A program made the position numbers and the translations under genes. A stretch of DNA of 61,630 nt, the filler included, from Globobulimina sp. (taxonomy: Eukaryota), in NCBI GenBank assembly GCA_003354225.1. It is 23 parts of 23 records of this genome, joined end to end, with 100 filler letters (N's around TTAATTAATTAA, not from the genome) between each part and the next. Parts side by side here need not be neighbours in the genome. Positions count along the whole stretch, not along the records: positions 1 to 2,586 come from PIVH01005853.1; positions 2,687 to 5,271 come from PIVH01005854.1; positions 5,372 to 7,956 come from PIVH01005855.1; positions 8,057 to 10,641 come from PIVH01005856.1; positions 10,742 to 13,326 come from PIVH01005857.1; 18 more parts are not named here. One strand, written 5' to 3'. The notes under the pieces were generated by a model that saw only the letters and a list, made by a program, of their open reading frames with translations, had not been told where the DNA came from and searched no databases. Below are positions 1-11,272 of the stretch, one piece after another (the first letter of the stretch is position 1; each line of letters opens with the position of its first letter).

Positions 1-1
1 T

Positions 2-1278
2 AAAAGAAGCCCAAAAGTTCCTTCATCGAACACGGAGCTCACTGTTAATTGTTTTTTTTTATATGTACTAGTTTGAAACCACTTCCTTATATATTTTATA
101 TACAAATGCTATCCTTGCACATATACACAATATACAACATATATAATACCCAAATAAAACAGGATGAAGAATATAGTCCAGAACTGCGTGATTTTAATCT
201 GCGCTCACAATCAGAGCGAAACAATAAACATATCCGTTCATCCACGCCCGACGCCGACTATTCATTTCAACACAGAGACCAAGGCACATTTTACTCCGTC
301 ACCTTTGAATCGAAACCATTCGGTTTGACCCTCAATCCCTACAACGAACAAATCCAAGTCGGTGCCGTGGTGATGGTGAACCACAACGTCAACGACCAAA
401 TAATATCGCAATCCTCGCGATTTGTATCCATCAACGGCGATCCATGCAAGAATTACAAGTTCGAACGCATAAAAAATATGTGCAGGAATGCCACGTTACC
501 GACGACCATCAAATTCCTAAACACAAAGTCTGCGCCAAACATACCGAGCATACCACCATTGATTAACTCTGTGTCGCTGGAGAGTGGCAACCGAAAAAAG
601 CAGAAATCGTCCTCCAATCTCATACTCTCTACCAACCCGCATCAGAATTTAAAGGCAAATGCCAACAATATCAATATTTATAATTCCAATGCGCCGAAAG
701 CGTCGCAATCGTACAGCAAAAAACAGATTAAACAGAACAAACAAAACAAGCCCAATCCAGCTAAGAGCAATAAGTCGACGCAGCACGTCGCGGTGCAGGA
801 AGACAAGGCTTTGGTGGAAAAGAAGAGACCGAAAAAGAAGGCGAGCAAAGTGTCCAAACCCAAGGAGACGACCAAGGCCAAGCACAACAGAGAGAGGAAG
901 GCGGCCAAACAATTGATGGAGTCATTGGGCGGCATGGAGGAGATCAAAAATGCAGAGAAATATGAGAGGGTACGGCAGTGGAAAGAATGTGTGGATGCGT
1001 ATGCGAAAGGCATTGAAAACCTGGAAAAGTCGTTGAAGAAGTTGGGAGTGTCTGGCATTTTGACTATATTCCAACAGCAACAGTGTCAGCAGCAAATTGA
1101 CCAATATTGCAGGACGTTAATTAAATTACAGAGGGAACACAGCAAAGACATTCAGAAAAGTTTAGTGATGATCTATTTCAAAAAAAGAAACAGCTCTTTT
1201 TGGAGCCGTTGTCTTTTAATGTTTGTATTTGTCGACGGAAAGTATGCATTTTATGCTCATTTTCGTCCCGTTCTTTGA
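2..1278 (+). CDS. 5'-partial protein with PDZ-like domain, Lys-rich linker and C-terminal MIT-like helical domain
   Basis: Phase-0 intron 44-162 (gttaat..acag). YSVTFESKPFGLTL...FVSING...LPTTIKF resembles PDZ. AEKYERVRQWKECVDAYAKGIENL resembles MIT. The true stop is probably TAG 1163-1165 if one A of the run at 1156-1159 is an error. Confidence 0.6.
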
Positions 1279-2554
1279 TGATTGTGGTGTAAAACTGATC
1301 TCTCTCTACCTCGATTCTACGGCATTTGTTTTTCATTGATTCCAAGCTTTTTTCCGCTGCGTTTAGCGTGTTTTGAAGGGTTTGTAATTTTGCACTGGAG
1401 TCAGTCACTTGGTTTTTAAGCGAATTGATGGTGAAATATAAATATTGTACTTCGTTTTTTTGATTGGCGGACTGAGTGTTTTTCGTTTTGTCGTTATCGG
1501 ATTGAAGGGTTGATAGCTCATCCCATAATTTCTCGATTTGCTGCTTATATTCTTCGATTTGGTGCTTATAATCTTCAATTTGTTGATGTAAATGATTGAT
1601 ATCATCACCTTGCTGATTATGATCACGTTCTAAGCTTTGATTTTCGTGTTTTAATGCATCGCATTGTTGATTCAATTGTGCGATTTGAAATTTATACTCC
1701 TTTTCTAGATTTAAAATGGTCGTTAATTGGTGTTCAAGATTTGCGTTTTGTTGCTTGAGTGTGGCGAGATTGTGATATTCTTTTTTATTTGTTTGTAATT
1801 CTATTTTATAAGTCAACATATCATCATTTAAATGGCGAATTTTAGTTTGAAACTGTTTGATTTGTTTATTTTTTTTGAATAAATCCGATTTCTGACTTTT
1901 TAGTCGTGTTTGTACCGTATCTTTACTGCTTTTGATTTTCTCCATTTCCTGGATTAACAAATCGTGTCTTTGTTGCAAATTGTTACATTTTTTATCTATG
2001 ACTTGCATTTTTTTATTCTTTTCATCAGATAAAAGGTGCAATTTTTCAATTTGCTGCGTCTTAGCTTTGCTCTCTTTCTCTTTGATGGACGTGGTGTTTT
2101 TTAAGCAGTTATATTGTTTGGCATAGTCTTGAATTTTGCCGTTTCTTTCTATCACGTCTTTGTGCAATTTGTCAATTTCAAGCGTTTGTTGCTTGACATT
2201 TGCATTCAACGCTTTTATAGTTTGTGCTGATATTTGCTTTTCTTTCTGCAGTGTTTGTAACTGCGTATTTGCATTATTTAAGTCTTGAATAATTGCATCC
2301 CGATCCACTAAGTCTTGCTGTATTTCTTTTAATTGCCGGCTGTACAAATCAGCAGAATGTGACTCAGAATCCGAATCCTCTCCAATCGGCTTAATGTCGT
2401 TATATTCATCCATTAACATTTTATAATTCTCCAAGTCCTGATTTTGTGTTTTCAATTCGCTGATTTCCTGTTTTAACTGTTCCAGTTCATGATCATTGCT
2501 TTTGTTTTGATAATTTTTCGTATTTGTTAATATGGACTGGTTCTCTTTCTCCAT
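1178..2554 (-). CDS. Long coiled-coil protein ending in a CaaX-like prenylation motif
   Basis: 458-aa ORF rich in Q/K/E/L heptads. The C-terminus is KKSCFFF*. Confidence 0.75.
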   Translation of the reverse strand: MEKENQSILTNTKNYQNKSNDHELEQLKQEISELKTQNQDLENYKMLMDEYNDIKPIGEDSDSESHSADLYSRQLKEIQQDLVDRDAIIQDLNNANTQLQTLQKEKQISAQTIKALNANVKQQTLEIDKLHKDVIERNGKIQDYAKQYNCLKNTTSIKEKESKAKTQQIEKLHLLSDEKNKKMQVIDKKCNNLQQRHDLLIQEMEKIKSSKDTVQTRLKSQKSDLFKKNKQIKQFQTKIRHLNDDMLTYKIELQTNKKEYHNLATLKQQNANLEHQLTTILNLEKEYKFQIAQLNQQCDALKHENQSLERDHNQQGDDINHLHQQIEDYKHQIEEYKQQIEKLWDELSTLQSDNDKTKNTQSANQKNEVQYLYFTINSLKNQVTDSSAKLQTLQNTLNAAEKSLESMKNKCRRIEVERDQFYTTIIKERDENEHKMHTFRRQIQTLKDNGSKKSCFFF

Positions 2555-2586
2555 TGTAATTAGTTTTTAATATTAATTGTATAAAA

Positions 2587-2686
2587 NNNNNNNNNNNNNN
2601 NNNNNNNNNNNNNNNNNNNNNNNNNNNNNNTTAATTAATTAANNNNNNNNNNNNNNNNNNNNNNNNNNNNNNNNNNNNNNNNNNNN
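2587..2686. other. Artificial contig linker (first of 22)
   Basis: 44 N + TTAATTAATTAA (stops in all six frames) + 44 N. It recurs at starts 5272, 7957, 10642, 13327, 16012, 18697, 21382, 24067, 26751, 29435, 32119, 34803, 37487, 40171, 42854, 45537, 48220, 50903, 53586, 56268 and 58950. Contig lengths decrease from 2586 to 2581. Confidence 0.99.
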
Positions 2687-3378
2687 GATACCCTGGAAGT
2701 CATCGTAAAAAAGGCCAGGTCTGACTATTTTGATGATATGGACGGTCGGTTTATCATATTTAAAAACAAACGGGAGATGGTGTTTAAAGCCAAGGGGCAA
2801 GGACTTCGTATTGCACAGGATCAATTTCCTGATTTTAACTTTTTTCGGCAAAATGGAATCAAGGCCATCCAGGCCAAGGACCTTTCATTGGGCCTGCGGC
2901 TGGACAGCACCAACACCTTAAAAGGGACTTTAAATATAATAGATCCCAGGGTGTTCATTCCTAAAAGCCTTAAACACCCCCTGGCTGCCCAGACCCTTGA
3001 TTTGAAATTCACCCTGTCAAAGGATCTTATTTCTGCCACCCTTGCCCCTGCAGTTATTACCTACCCCCAGGCCAATTTGTCTATCGAATTCTCAGATACT
3101 CCCGGAACAAAAACATCTGCCATCGCCTTTACCGGACAAGATGTGGACATTGCCCAGGCAAGACAGGCCTGCCTGCCCCTGATACAGGGAAACGAGGTAG
3201 TGGATTCCCTGTTTGACATCCTCAGGGCTGGAAAGGCAAAACAAATTTTGGTGGGGTTTAAGAGTGATTCTTTATCCACTTTGTTTGACGGGGACAACCT
3301 TTACTTAAAAGGATCTGCTGCCGCAGCCAGGGTCAAAATCCCTGAAACTGAGCTTCTGGTGGAAAATGTATTTGGTGA
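2687..3378 (+). CDS. Internal fragment of a bacterial AsmA-like envelope protein, fused to host DNA at about 3375
   Basis: Open from the contig edge and intronless, with visibly higher GC and bacterial codon use. Amphipathic beta-strand pattern (LKGTLNII, LDLKFTL, LYLKGSAAAARVKIP). Composition switches abruptly to AT-rich after ENVFG. Family assignment is by recognition only. Confidence 0.5.
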
Positions 3379-3489
3379 TTATAAGGAAATAAAGAATATG
3401 ATTTGGATTTGGGTGAATATGCTGATGGTATTGTATTATTTGTATATGGACATAATGTTAAATAAAAAATTAAATTAAATTAAACATTA

Positions 3490-3562
3490 ATTAGATTGAA
3501 TTGGATTATATAGATTGGATTGGATTGAATTCGATTGGATTGGATTAGATTGAATTGGATTT
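3490..3562. repeat. Degenerate pentanucleotide microsatellite (ATTGG/ATTAG/ATTGA)n
   Basis: attagattgaattggatt...ggattggattagattgaattggatt seen directly. Confidence 0.85.
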
Positions 3563-4751
3563 AATAAAGAAAATATAGAATTGGCATTATGTCCATATCT
3601 CCTTTTAACACCATCCATCTTCTTCTGAATTGCTTTAAATATTTTGATTGTTTGTCAAGATAACCTTGTTTGGTGATGACAGGATCTGCCATCACTTTTT
3701 TTGTTATTTTTGCTACTCACTTGAGTTATTATTTAAATCATGAAAAACAGTTAGACGCAACTGACATGAATTAATAGTGTGTTGACAGTGTTGTCAAATA
3801 CAAAAACACAAACAAAAAAACTACGATTAGCGTTCATTGATGTTAGCAACAACGAAGCAAATATTAACAGACACCAATTCAGTTCGCATAAAATCCAGCC
3901 AATATTTGCGTATTTTCTTAGTGTCATATCGCCCGCTGTGGCAATCTCATTAAACTCAAATGCGTTGCCACTGATTGGCTGCGAATAATTATTGAAAATT
4001 ATATCTTCCATTATTATTGAAAATTATATCTTGAAAATTATATCTTCCGCACGAAATAAAGATAGATATTGAGAAAAGTTTTATTTAGTTACCAAAGAAA
4101 TCAATATTAGCGGCGAATTTGCAGAAGAAAATATTACAAAATCACTGCAGGAATATTACAAAGTGTGAAAGAAAAAGAAAAAAGTCCCAAGACAAATGAT
4201 TAAATGCTGTATGATGTCTTGAGACTCCACTTTTTAATATGAGTATAAAATTAGTAGCTGTTGGTGCAGATATGGACCTGCTTTTTGATGGTTTTTCTGG
4301 CGCAATATGGCTAGCTAAATTGTCATATTTCGATCATGAATTATTTCATTTCTGCCTTCGGGATGTCGCGCTTTTTTATTATTTTTGCTGTGTAAAAAAA
4401 AGTATGGAAGAAAGAGAAAAAAGTCCCAAGACAAATGATTAAGGTAGTTCCGTAATTAGTGTATTGCTTAAAATGATCATATTGTGTGTGTGTTGTATCA
4501 ATCAGATAGATTCTAAAAGGAAATGCTACTTGAAGAATATGTTTTGTTGTTTTGAGCTATATGGACAGCTGTACAAACAATTTCAACCAGTTTCATTAAG
4601 AGCAGATTTTGTGAAGTTGAGATTGACATGATCTCATGTCTCCGTTTTTTGTTTTGACGATATATTGTATACACAACAAAGTAATTTAATATTAATGGTA
4701 TTGGAATTAAAAACAATAATGCATCATAATAGATTATTTTTCCCGCTACAG

Positions 4752-5271
4752 TAATTTCAGAGTTTGAAACAATACGAATTGGCTCTCATCATACAAAAAC
4801 ACGAGAAGCAAAAGATGCTGATCACGATTTTGAAGATGAAATTAAAGAATTGGAAGAAACTCATTTGATCCATTGTATTGATTATGAACTGGATGAAGAA
4901 GAATATAAATATAGTTTTGATGATTTAACGCCAGGTTCAACGTATTCGATAACGTTGAAATGTATATCAATGTTACAAAAATCATTGATATATCAACATC
5001 ACAAAGATGATTTGAATAAGTTTAAAATCATTGAAAAACATTTTCAAACATTGCGCAAATTTAAACAGTTTACTTTCAGGTATAAATAGACCTTACTTAT
5101 TATAGTGCACATACTGTATATGTTTAGTTATAAAATAATATTTCTGTCCAGCTCTAGTTTGGAGAGAGTTAATATTGTAAATGATGGCAAAACTGCTCGT
5201 TATGGGAATGTAAGTGATGGCTTATTATGTTGTGTTATTTTGGGGGATAAAATTGATACACATATTGAAAA
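4752..5271 (+). CDS. Partial gene with a fibronectin-III-like segment
   Basis: YSFDDLTPGSTYSITLKCI matches the FN3 'L.PGT.Y.I.V' motif. Probable intron from 5080. Runs off the contig. Confidence 0.4.
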
Positions 5272-5373
5272 NNNNNNNNNNNNNNNNNNNNNNNNNNNNN
5301 NNNNNNNNNNNNNNNTTAATTAATTAANNNNNNNNNNNNNNNNNNNNNNNNNNNNNNNNNNNNNNNNNNNNCA

Positions 5374-5529
5374 TCGCCAACTTATTTCCAACCAGATGTA
5401 AATATTGAAAGAGGTGATTTTACGATTTATGTTGGTGGTGGACAACCAAAATATTTCGCAGGTGCAGTCTCTCAAAAATTAACAGTTTCGACTGCTCGGT
5501 CCTTATCAAAATGCGCAAATCAAGATTAA
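5374..5529 (+). CDS. C-terminal end of a glycoside hydrolase family 3 (beta-xylosidase/glucosidase) Fn3-like domain
   Basis: Not in the ORF track. Translates SPTYFQPDVNIERGDFTIYVGGGQPKYFAGAVSQKLTVSTARSLSKCANQD*. G.F.I.VGGGQP is typical of GH3 C-termini. Confidence 0.7.
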   Translation, partial: SPTYFQPDVNIERGDFTIYVGGGQPKYFAGAVSQKLTVSTARSLSKCANQD

Positions 5530-5801
5530 AACTGATATTGTGTGTTTTTGTACTTTATTACAATGTGACTTTGTGCATGTTGTTCCATACAAAATTATTA
5601 TTGGTATTATTCTAGGAATTAAAAGTTTAGCTAATTCCTTGCACATTCAATCTTTATCAATTTACGATTGGGAGTTGTAGCAAATGAAAACTTGCATTTT
5701 TAAAACATTATTTTCGAAAACGTCATACAGAAAAAAGCAATATAAACAAACTCATTGACAGCTTGAGAATAGTTTATATTACAGTGGGATTCGAACAAAA
5801 T

Positions 5802-6634
5802 TTAAATTGATTTAGCTTTGCATTGTTTGAATTCGATTATGTTTTGTGTTTGATCGTTATTGTTCTCATTATCACTTGACTCGGTTTCTTCGTCCATACC
5901 AACCCAGGCACTTAGACCCCATACGAATTCTGGGAATTCAATAGTTTTATCTCCGTTGAAATCCAATTCCTTTAACCTTTCGATAATGAAATCATCCTCT
6001 TTCATTGCCAAAAATGCAGATTTTAATTCTTCAAAATCGATTTCGCCGGAACCATCTTATCAATTTTGCCAAACGCAAGTTGCACCGCTTCAAATCCACG
6101 CCGAATGCCCAAAAAATATGTACTTTCAACCGATGGGTCAGCTTTCAAAAAACAGCCAACAGCCGCTGCTATTAGGAATTCTTTAAAATATAAAATATTT
6201 GCATCCCCAGTTAAGTTTGCAGTTTTGATCATTTTCTCAATGTTTTCTTCTGTTAAACTGTCTTTCCGTGCTCCTAATTCCACTAAAATTTCAGCAACGC
6301 AATCTTTTGAAACATACTGTTTCTTTGTATCTTGTGCGTATTTTTCAAAGACTTGTTTTACGGTTTGAAATGATCGACGAATATGAGGGAATTGCATGGC
6401 AATCGCGGACATTACGCCTTTGTGTGCACTGGTTTTGCGGGCAAACCTTGCTTTTGGTGATGTGATGCCATGTCCTGGATTTGCTAATGATTTAGAAAAT
6501 ATATCATCTTCACAGCCACATTCGCCTTCACTGCCATCAGTAATTTTAATGATAATATTGTCTTGTTGTTGTTGAGGAGGATCACGTAATGAAACCGTCT
6601 TGCTCTCTGCTGGAGTACTCACACACTTTCCCAT
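5802..6634 (-). CDS. N-acylated EF-hand calcium-binding protein (1-nt frameshift at about 6057)
   Basis: MGKCVS myristoylation/palmitoylation motif. Adding one base at 6056-6058 restores IDKDGSGEIDFEEL and joins it to LDFNGDKTIEFPEF. Confidence 0.85.
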
Positions 6635-6913
6635 TGTAATTGTATATGCAGTATTGTATTTATTGTGACCTCAAACATGCGGTCATAATCGAAAGCAACC
6701 AAATGTAGCATCCTATAAGGAGTAGCAACCAAATGTTTAGCATCCTAATCCATTATATAAGGAGTTTTTGTGGAAAAAACACTGTGTTTTCTAGACTCTC
6801 CTTGCACTCAAACAATTTGCTACCGCGACTTAATTGTGAATGACAATAAAAAAACATCACATGCCAGAATATTCTAGCTAATATCAGTAATATGTAACAA
6901 ATTAAATTCTATT

Positions 6914-7903
6914 TTAATAAGGTGACTGTTTATGGTGATAACAATATTCAATAACATTATATATTTCAATTTTATCCATAACCTCTTTATCATACTCATC
7001 TTCATCTGGCTGCGGCGCATATTCATTTAGCGGGAAATTGTCATCAAAATCCAAATATTTACATTCCACCGGTTCCAAATCAGTGTCTACTCCAAAATAC
7101 TTTTCAAATTCCTCCATATCATCCAATTTCTTATCTGTTTAATGCATATTATTAATTATTATATATATATCACTATACAAATAATGAAAATGAACCAGAC
7201 CTTTACAATAAACGTAAAATTTACCCAGTCCTTTACCATTAAAATAGTCTTTCCGTTGAAAAGATTTGTAATACATCGCCAAGGCTTTATCAATCTGTAC
7301 AAATATATGATGATCATTATCCTCTTCATCTTCATCCTCCGCATCAGAATCCGCGTCCTTTAAATCGTCGAGTTCACTAAATACAGTTTGTAAGGATTTA
7401 GATTTTGCAAACCCGGGCAAGATTGTAATGATTTCCTTGGATCCCTTTGGCGAAATGGAGGTTGCGTCCCAACTCTGAATACCCGTTGTTTTCTCCTCTT
7501 CATTTTTCAAATCTGTTTTTATTTCGTCCAATTTCCATGGTAAGTCACTAAATTGTACACTATGCACATCCGCGCCATCATCATCCGCTGGTTTAAGTAT
7601 ATCGTTATCAGCATCTTCATCATCGAAATCAATATAATTGAGATCTGAGGGATCGATTGGACTCGGCATAGGTATTGGCTCTGAGAGAGATAGTGTTTTT
7701 TTCTTTTTTTTTCTAGTTTTTATTTTCATTTTCATTTTCGGTTTCTTCGCTTTGGCATTGTTATTATTGGAAGCAAGTAATAGTTGAACAAAATCCATCT
7801 TTGCTAAACAACCAAATGTATTCAAGTTCCGCTTTTTGCATTGTTTTATTAGGTCTTTTTTACTCAACAATAAGAGTTTATTACGGGATTGATACAGCGC
7901 CAT
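6914..7903 (-). CDS. Hypothetical protein with N-terminal SAP-like motif and acidic region, one intron
   Basis: LSKKDLIKQCKKRNLNTFG is SAP-like. An intron at about 7136-7200 (gtctgg..acag) joins YCK to DKKLDDMEEF. Confidence 0.6.
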
Positions 7904-8133
7904 TATTATTGTTAATAAATGTTTTTTTTTCACTAAAAAAAAACCAGTGATTAGAANNNNNNNNNNNNNNNNNNNNNNNNNNNNNNNNNNNNNNNNNNNN
8001 TTAATTAATTAANNNNNNNNNNNNNNNNNNNNNNNNNNNNNNNNNNNNNNNNNNNNGGGATTGAACTTATTTTAAGTATACAGTATCAGAGTACATATAT
8101 ATCCTTGCACTCATTGACTGTCTTTATGCGCAG

Positions 8134-8515
8134 TTTCATCGCTAGATTTTGCACGTCCAGTTATACCAAAATCAGTTCAAAGAAAGAAAGCAACAAAAAA
8201 AGATATAATGTCGATCCATGCTGCTGAGGTATGTGTGTGTGGTGTGTTTATTTATTTATTTATTTTGTGTTTGTATATAATAATAATAAGTTGCATGCTG
8301 GTTTGAGAGGATATTTATCGGAATCATTTATATTCGATGAATATATGATATTGGAAGCAGAGAATTTATGTTTATATTTACAAGATATTGCTGGAATTGA
8401 TCTGAGTTTGATAAGTGATAAAAAATGGGATTTTGATATTTTACGTGCTGCTGTAAAGGATGTATTTGGTGATAAAGTACAAAATCAATATGGATATCAA
8501 TTACGTGCGATATAG
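8134..8515 (+). CDS. 3' exons of a hypothetical protein
   Basis: Exon SSLDFARPVIPK...HAAE, intron gtatgt at 8229, last exon LHAGLRGYLSE...QLRAI*. Confidence 0.45.
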
Positions 8516-8808
8516 AATGAATCATTTATATATTAATAATTAAATTTAGAGGCGTTTATCCATTGTATAATTACTATGTTATACAATGATTTCATTACGC
8601 AATAGTCAGAGATTCTCTTCTCATTAACTCGAACTCTCTTAGGGAGTGTTGGTAAATTACGTAATTATTGCAATTTGTTACAATCTGTGAAAACTTCAAC
8701 TGCTTTAAGAAAAAACGTTCACTTGTTACATTTTGCAAAGGGTCCAGGTCCCAATTTCTATTCGCAATAAAGAACAACCCTTACATAAGTTTTCAATTAA
8801 TTATTATA

Positions 8809-10641
8809 TTATAATTCTTTTTTGTTTGTCTGTGCGTTTTTCTTTCCATTTTTGTTCCTATTATACACCTTCATACAAAAAGGTCCAATTTCTTCTATAC
8901 TCAATGCTCTGATATTATCAATGCCTATATCAGCAGATGAAACGGCTGATCTTTTATCTATAACAGATATCGTTATTCCATATTCAACAAATAATTTAAC
9001 AATATCAATATTACCATTCATGCATGCAATGTGAATCGGTGTGTATTGATTTGTATTTAGTCCATTCTCATTCTCATCCACTTCATCCGATAATTTTAAA
9101 TCTTTACAATCATACAATAATTGTTTAGCAATTTGAGTATAACCCTTTTCAGCCGCTGCAAATAGCGGTGTTACATGTTCTCTTTCAAATAATTTCACAT
9201 TACAATCTGCTTCATTCTCCAATAAAAATTGTACAATTACCGTATTATTATTTTGTACTGCCATAAATAACGGTGTTGCATTGAATAATTTATTATTTGT
9301 TTTAACATTCACATTTCCGTTATATTTAAATAATAATTTCACTATTTCCAAACTAAAATCATTTTGAATCGACAAAGCAAATGGAGTTAATCCATAATGT
9401 TTGGATTTTTGATTAACAATATTTGTGACATCAAATGTATGTTCAACAGCAATCTTTATTACACTTTCAACGGAACTTAAAAAAAAAGAAAAAATTGACA
9501 GAAATTATCGGAAAAATGGAATAGTGACAAAAACATAATATTGACGAGTGACAAAAACATAATATCATTTTAAATATTTTCTCATGAAATAATATTTAAA
9601 ATGTTATTTTTTGTCATCAGTTCGATCCCAGATAATATAATAAATAATATGTACCTTAATACTTGTCGGTTATGTTTGCTTCTTGATAACAATAAGTGTA
9701 ATACATTTTGCTTATCATTATTTAATGTGGTCAGTAACAATGCATCATATTCGATCAACAAAGCAATACATTTATAACACGAATATTGCGCTGCTGCATG
9801 AATTGGATTGGATCCATCATCGGCGGCATACATTTGAATATCATTTTTATTTGCAACATATTTCAATAATAATTTTAACATAACATCTCTCCGTCTCACA
9901 CATGCATAATAAATCGCTGTTATCCCAGAGCGTGTTTGAACATTTACGTCAGCTCCATACTTTAATAACAATTTAACAAATTTCTTTTTCCCACTACCAA
10001 CGGCTAAATACAACGAAAAATGTCCATTGCGTGGGATTTTATGATCAATGTTTGATTTTGATGCATCATATTTTAACAGTACTCGAGCAATGTCATATTG
10101 ATTATATTCAACTGCAACATACAATGGATTTGCACCTTCCATTGTCCCCAATTGACGCGATCCAGCTTTTAATAACAATCTCACGGTATCAATATGTCCA
10201 TTCTCTGTTGCAGCATGTAAGGGAGTAGCACCATTACCAATTTCCAGATTTTTATCTGGATAATACAGTCCACCATATTCCGGATTTGGTCTATTCGGAG
10301 AACCTAAATATTTTTGCTGTGGAAAATGCAGCATACTCCAACAAGAAAAGCGTACCATATTTATTATTACTTTTATAATCCATAATATCTCTCCGCGCCA
10401 CAGTAGGCATTACAGGATCCATTTTAGCTCCATATCTTATTAAAATATCTACGATATTGGTCAAACCGTACTGTGCAGCCAGATACATAGCAGTCGTATC
10501 GTTCAATAATTGCGATTCTAAGTCAACTTTACATTTTTCAATCAAAATTATAAGCGATTCAGCAGAGCCTGTTTCTGCTGCAATATGTATACTGCGCCCT
10601 TGATGGGATTTAGCTGCTTCAGCATCACATTTGTTTGAGTT
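8809..10641 (-). CDS. Ankyrin-repeat protein, 5'-partial, with introns
   Basis: Many ANK motifs (GATPLHAA, ANPLYVAV, TPLFMAVQ, TPIHIACMNG). A 52-nt intron gtacgc..atttag near 10303-10354 reconciles the frames. A second intron lies around 9480-9650. Confidence 0.9.
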
Positions 10642-10741
10642 NNNNNNNNNNNNNNNNNNNNNNNNNNNNNNNNNNNNNNNNNNNNTTAATTAATTAANNN
10701 NNNNNNNNNNNNNNNNNNNNNNNNNNNNNNNNNNNNNNNNN

Positions 10742-11272
10742 TTTCCTTATACTCCTCTAATGAGAACTTAATAGATGGTGGTATCAACACCTTATCATCG
10801 GAACCCGAAGATCGCATGTTTGAAAGCTTCTTTGTTTTGTTAACATTGACAATAAGATCGCCACCACGACTATTTTCACCAATTACCTGTCCTGCGTAAA
10901 CTTCAACATTCGGATTGATGTAAAACTTACCTCTATCAACAAGCTTAAAAATAGCAAACGGTATTGCTGTTCCTGTTTCCATCGATATTAAAGCACCGTT
11001 ATTTTTAGTTTTAATTTCACCTTTCCAAGGTTCAAAACTCTCAAATCTGTGAGCAATAATTGCCTCTCCTTCGGTAGCTGTAAGTATACTATTCCTCAAA
11101 CCAATTATTCCACGTGATGGCATTTTAAACTCCAGCATCATTCGGTCGTTCTTTGGTTCCATATTCAGGAACTCACCTTTGCGCATAGTCACAATATCTA
11201 TCACTTTCCCAGAGAAATCTTCTGGTACAAGAACTGTGAGACTTTCAATGGGTTCATGTTTAACCCCATCAA
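10742..11272 (-). CDS. typA: Bacterial TypA/BipA GTPase C-terminal fragment (Bacteroidota-type), in frame with an upstream host ORF
   Basis: IDGVKHEPIESLTV...PSRGIIGLRN...AIIAHRF..EPWKGEI...DRGKFYI.P..EVYAGQVIGENSR..DL.VNV.KTKKLSNMRSSGSD are BipA domain V and C-terminal domain motifs. Confidence 0.93.

Noticed and set aside
2587..2686. Regularly spaced TTAATTAATTAA as a CRISPR-like or biological repeat
   Set aside because: It always sits inside fixed N runs between length-sorted contigs, so it is an artificial linker.
3490..3562. Telomeric repeat
   Set aside because: Internal, degenerate and short; an ordinary microsatellite.
6694..6764. Duplicated agcaaccaaatgt..agcatccta upstream of the EF-hand gene as a regulatory element
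   Set aside because: Only one local duplication with no copies seen elsewhere, so function cannot be supported.
10291..10358. Apparent frameshifts in the ankyrin gene and in NUP205 (14696-14739)
   Set aside because: Both are resolved by short GT-AG introns.
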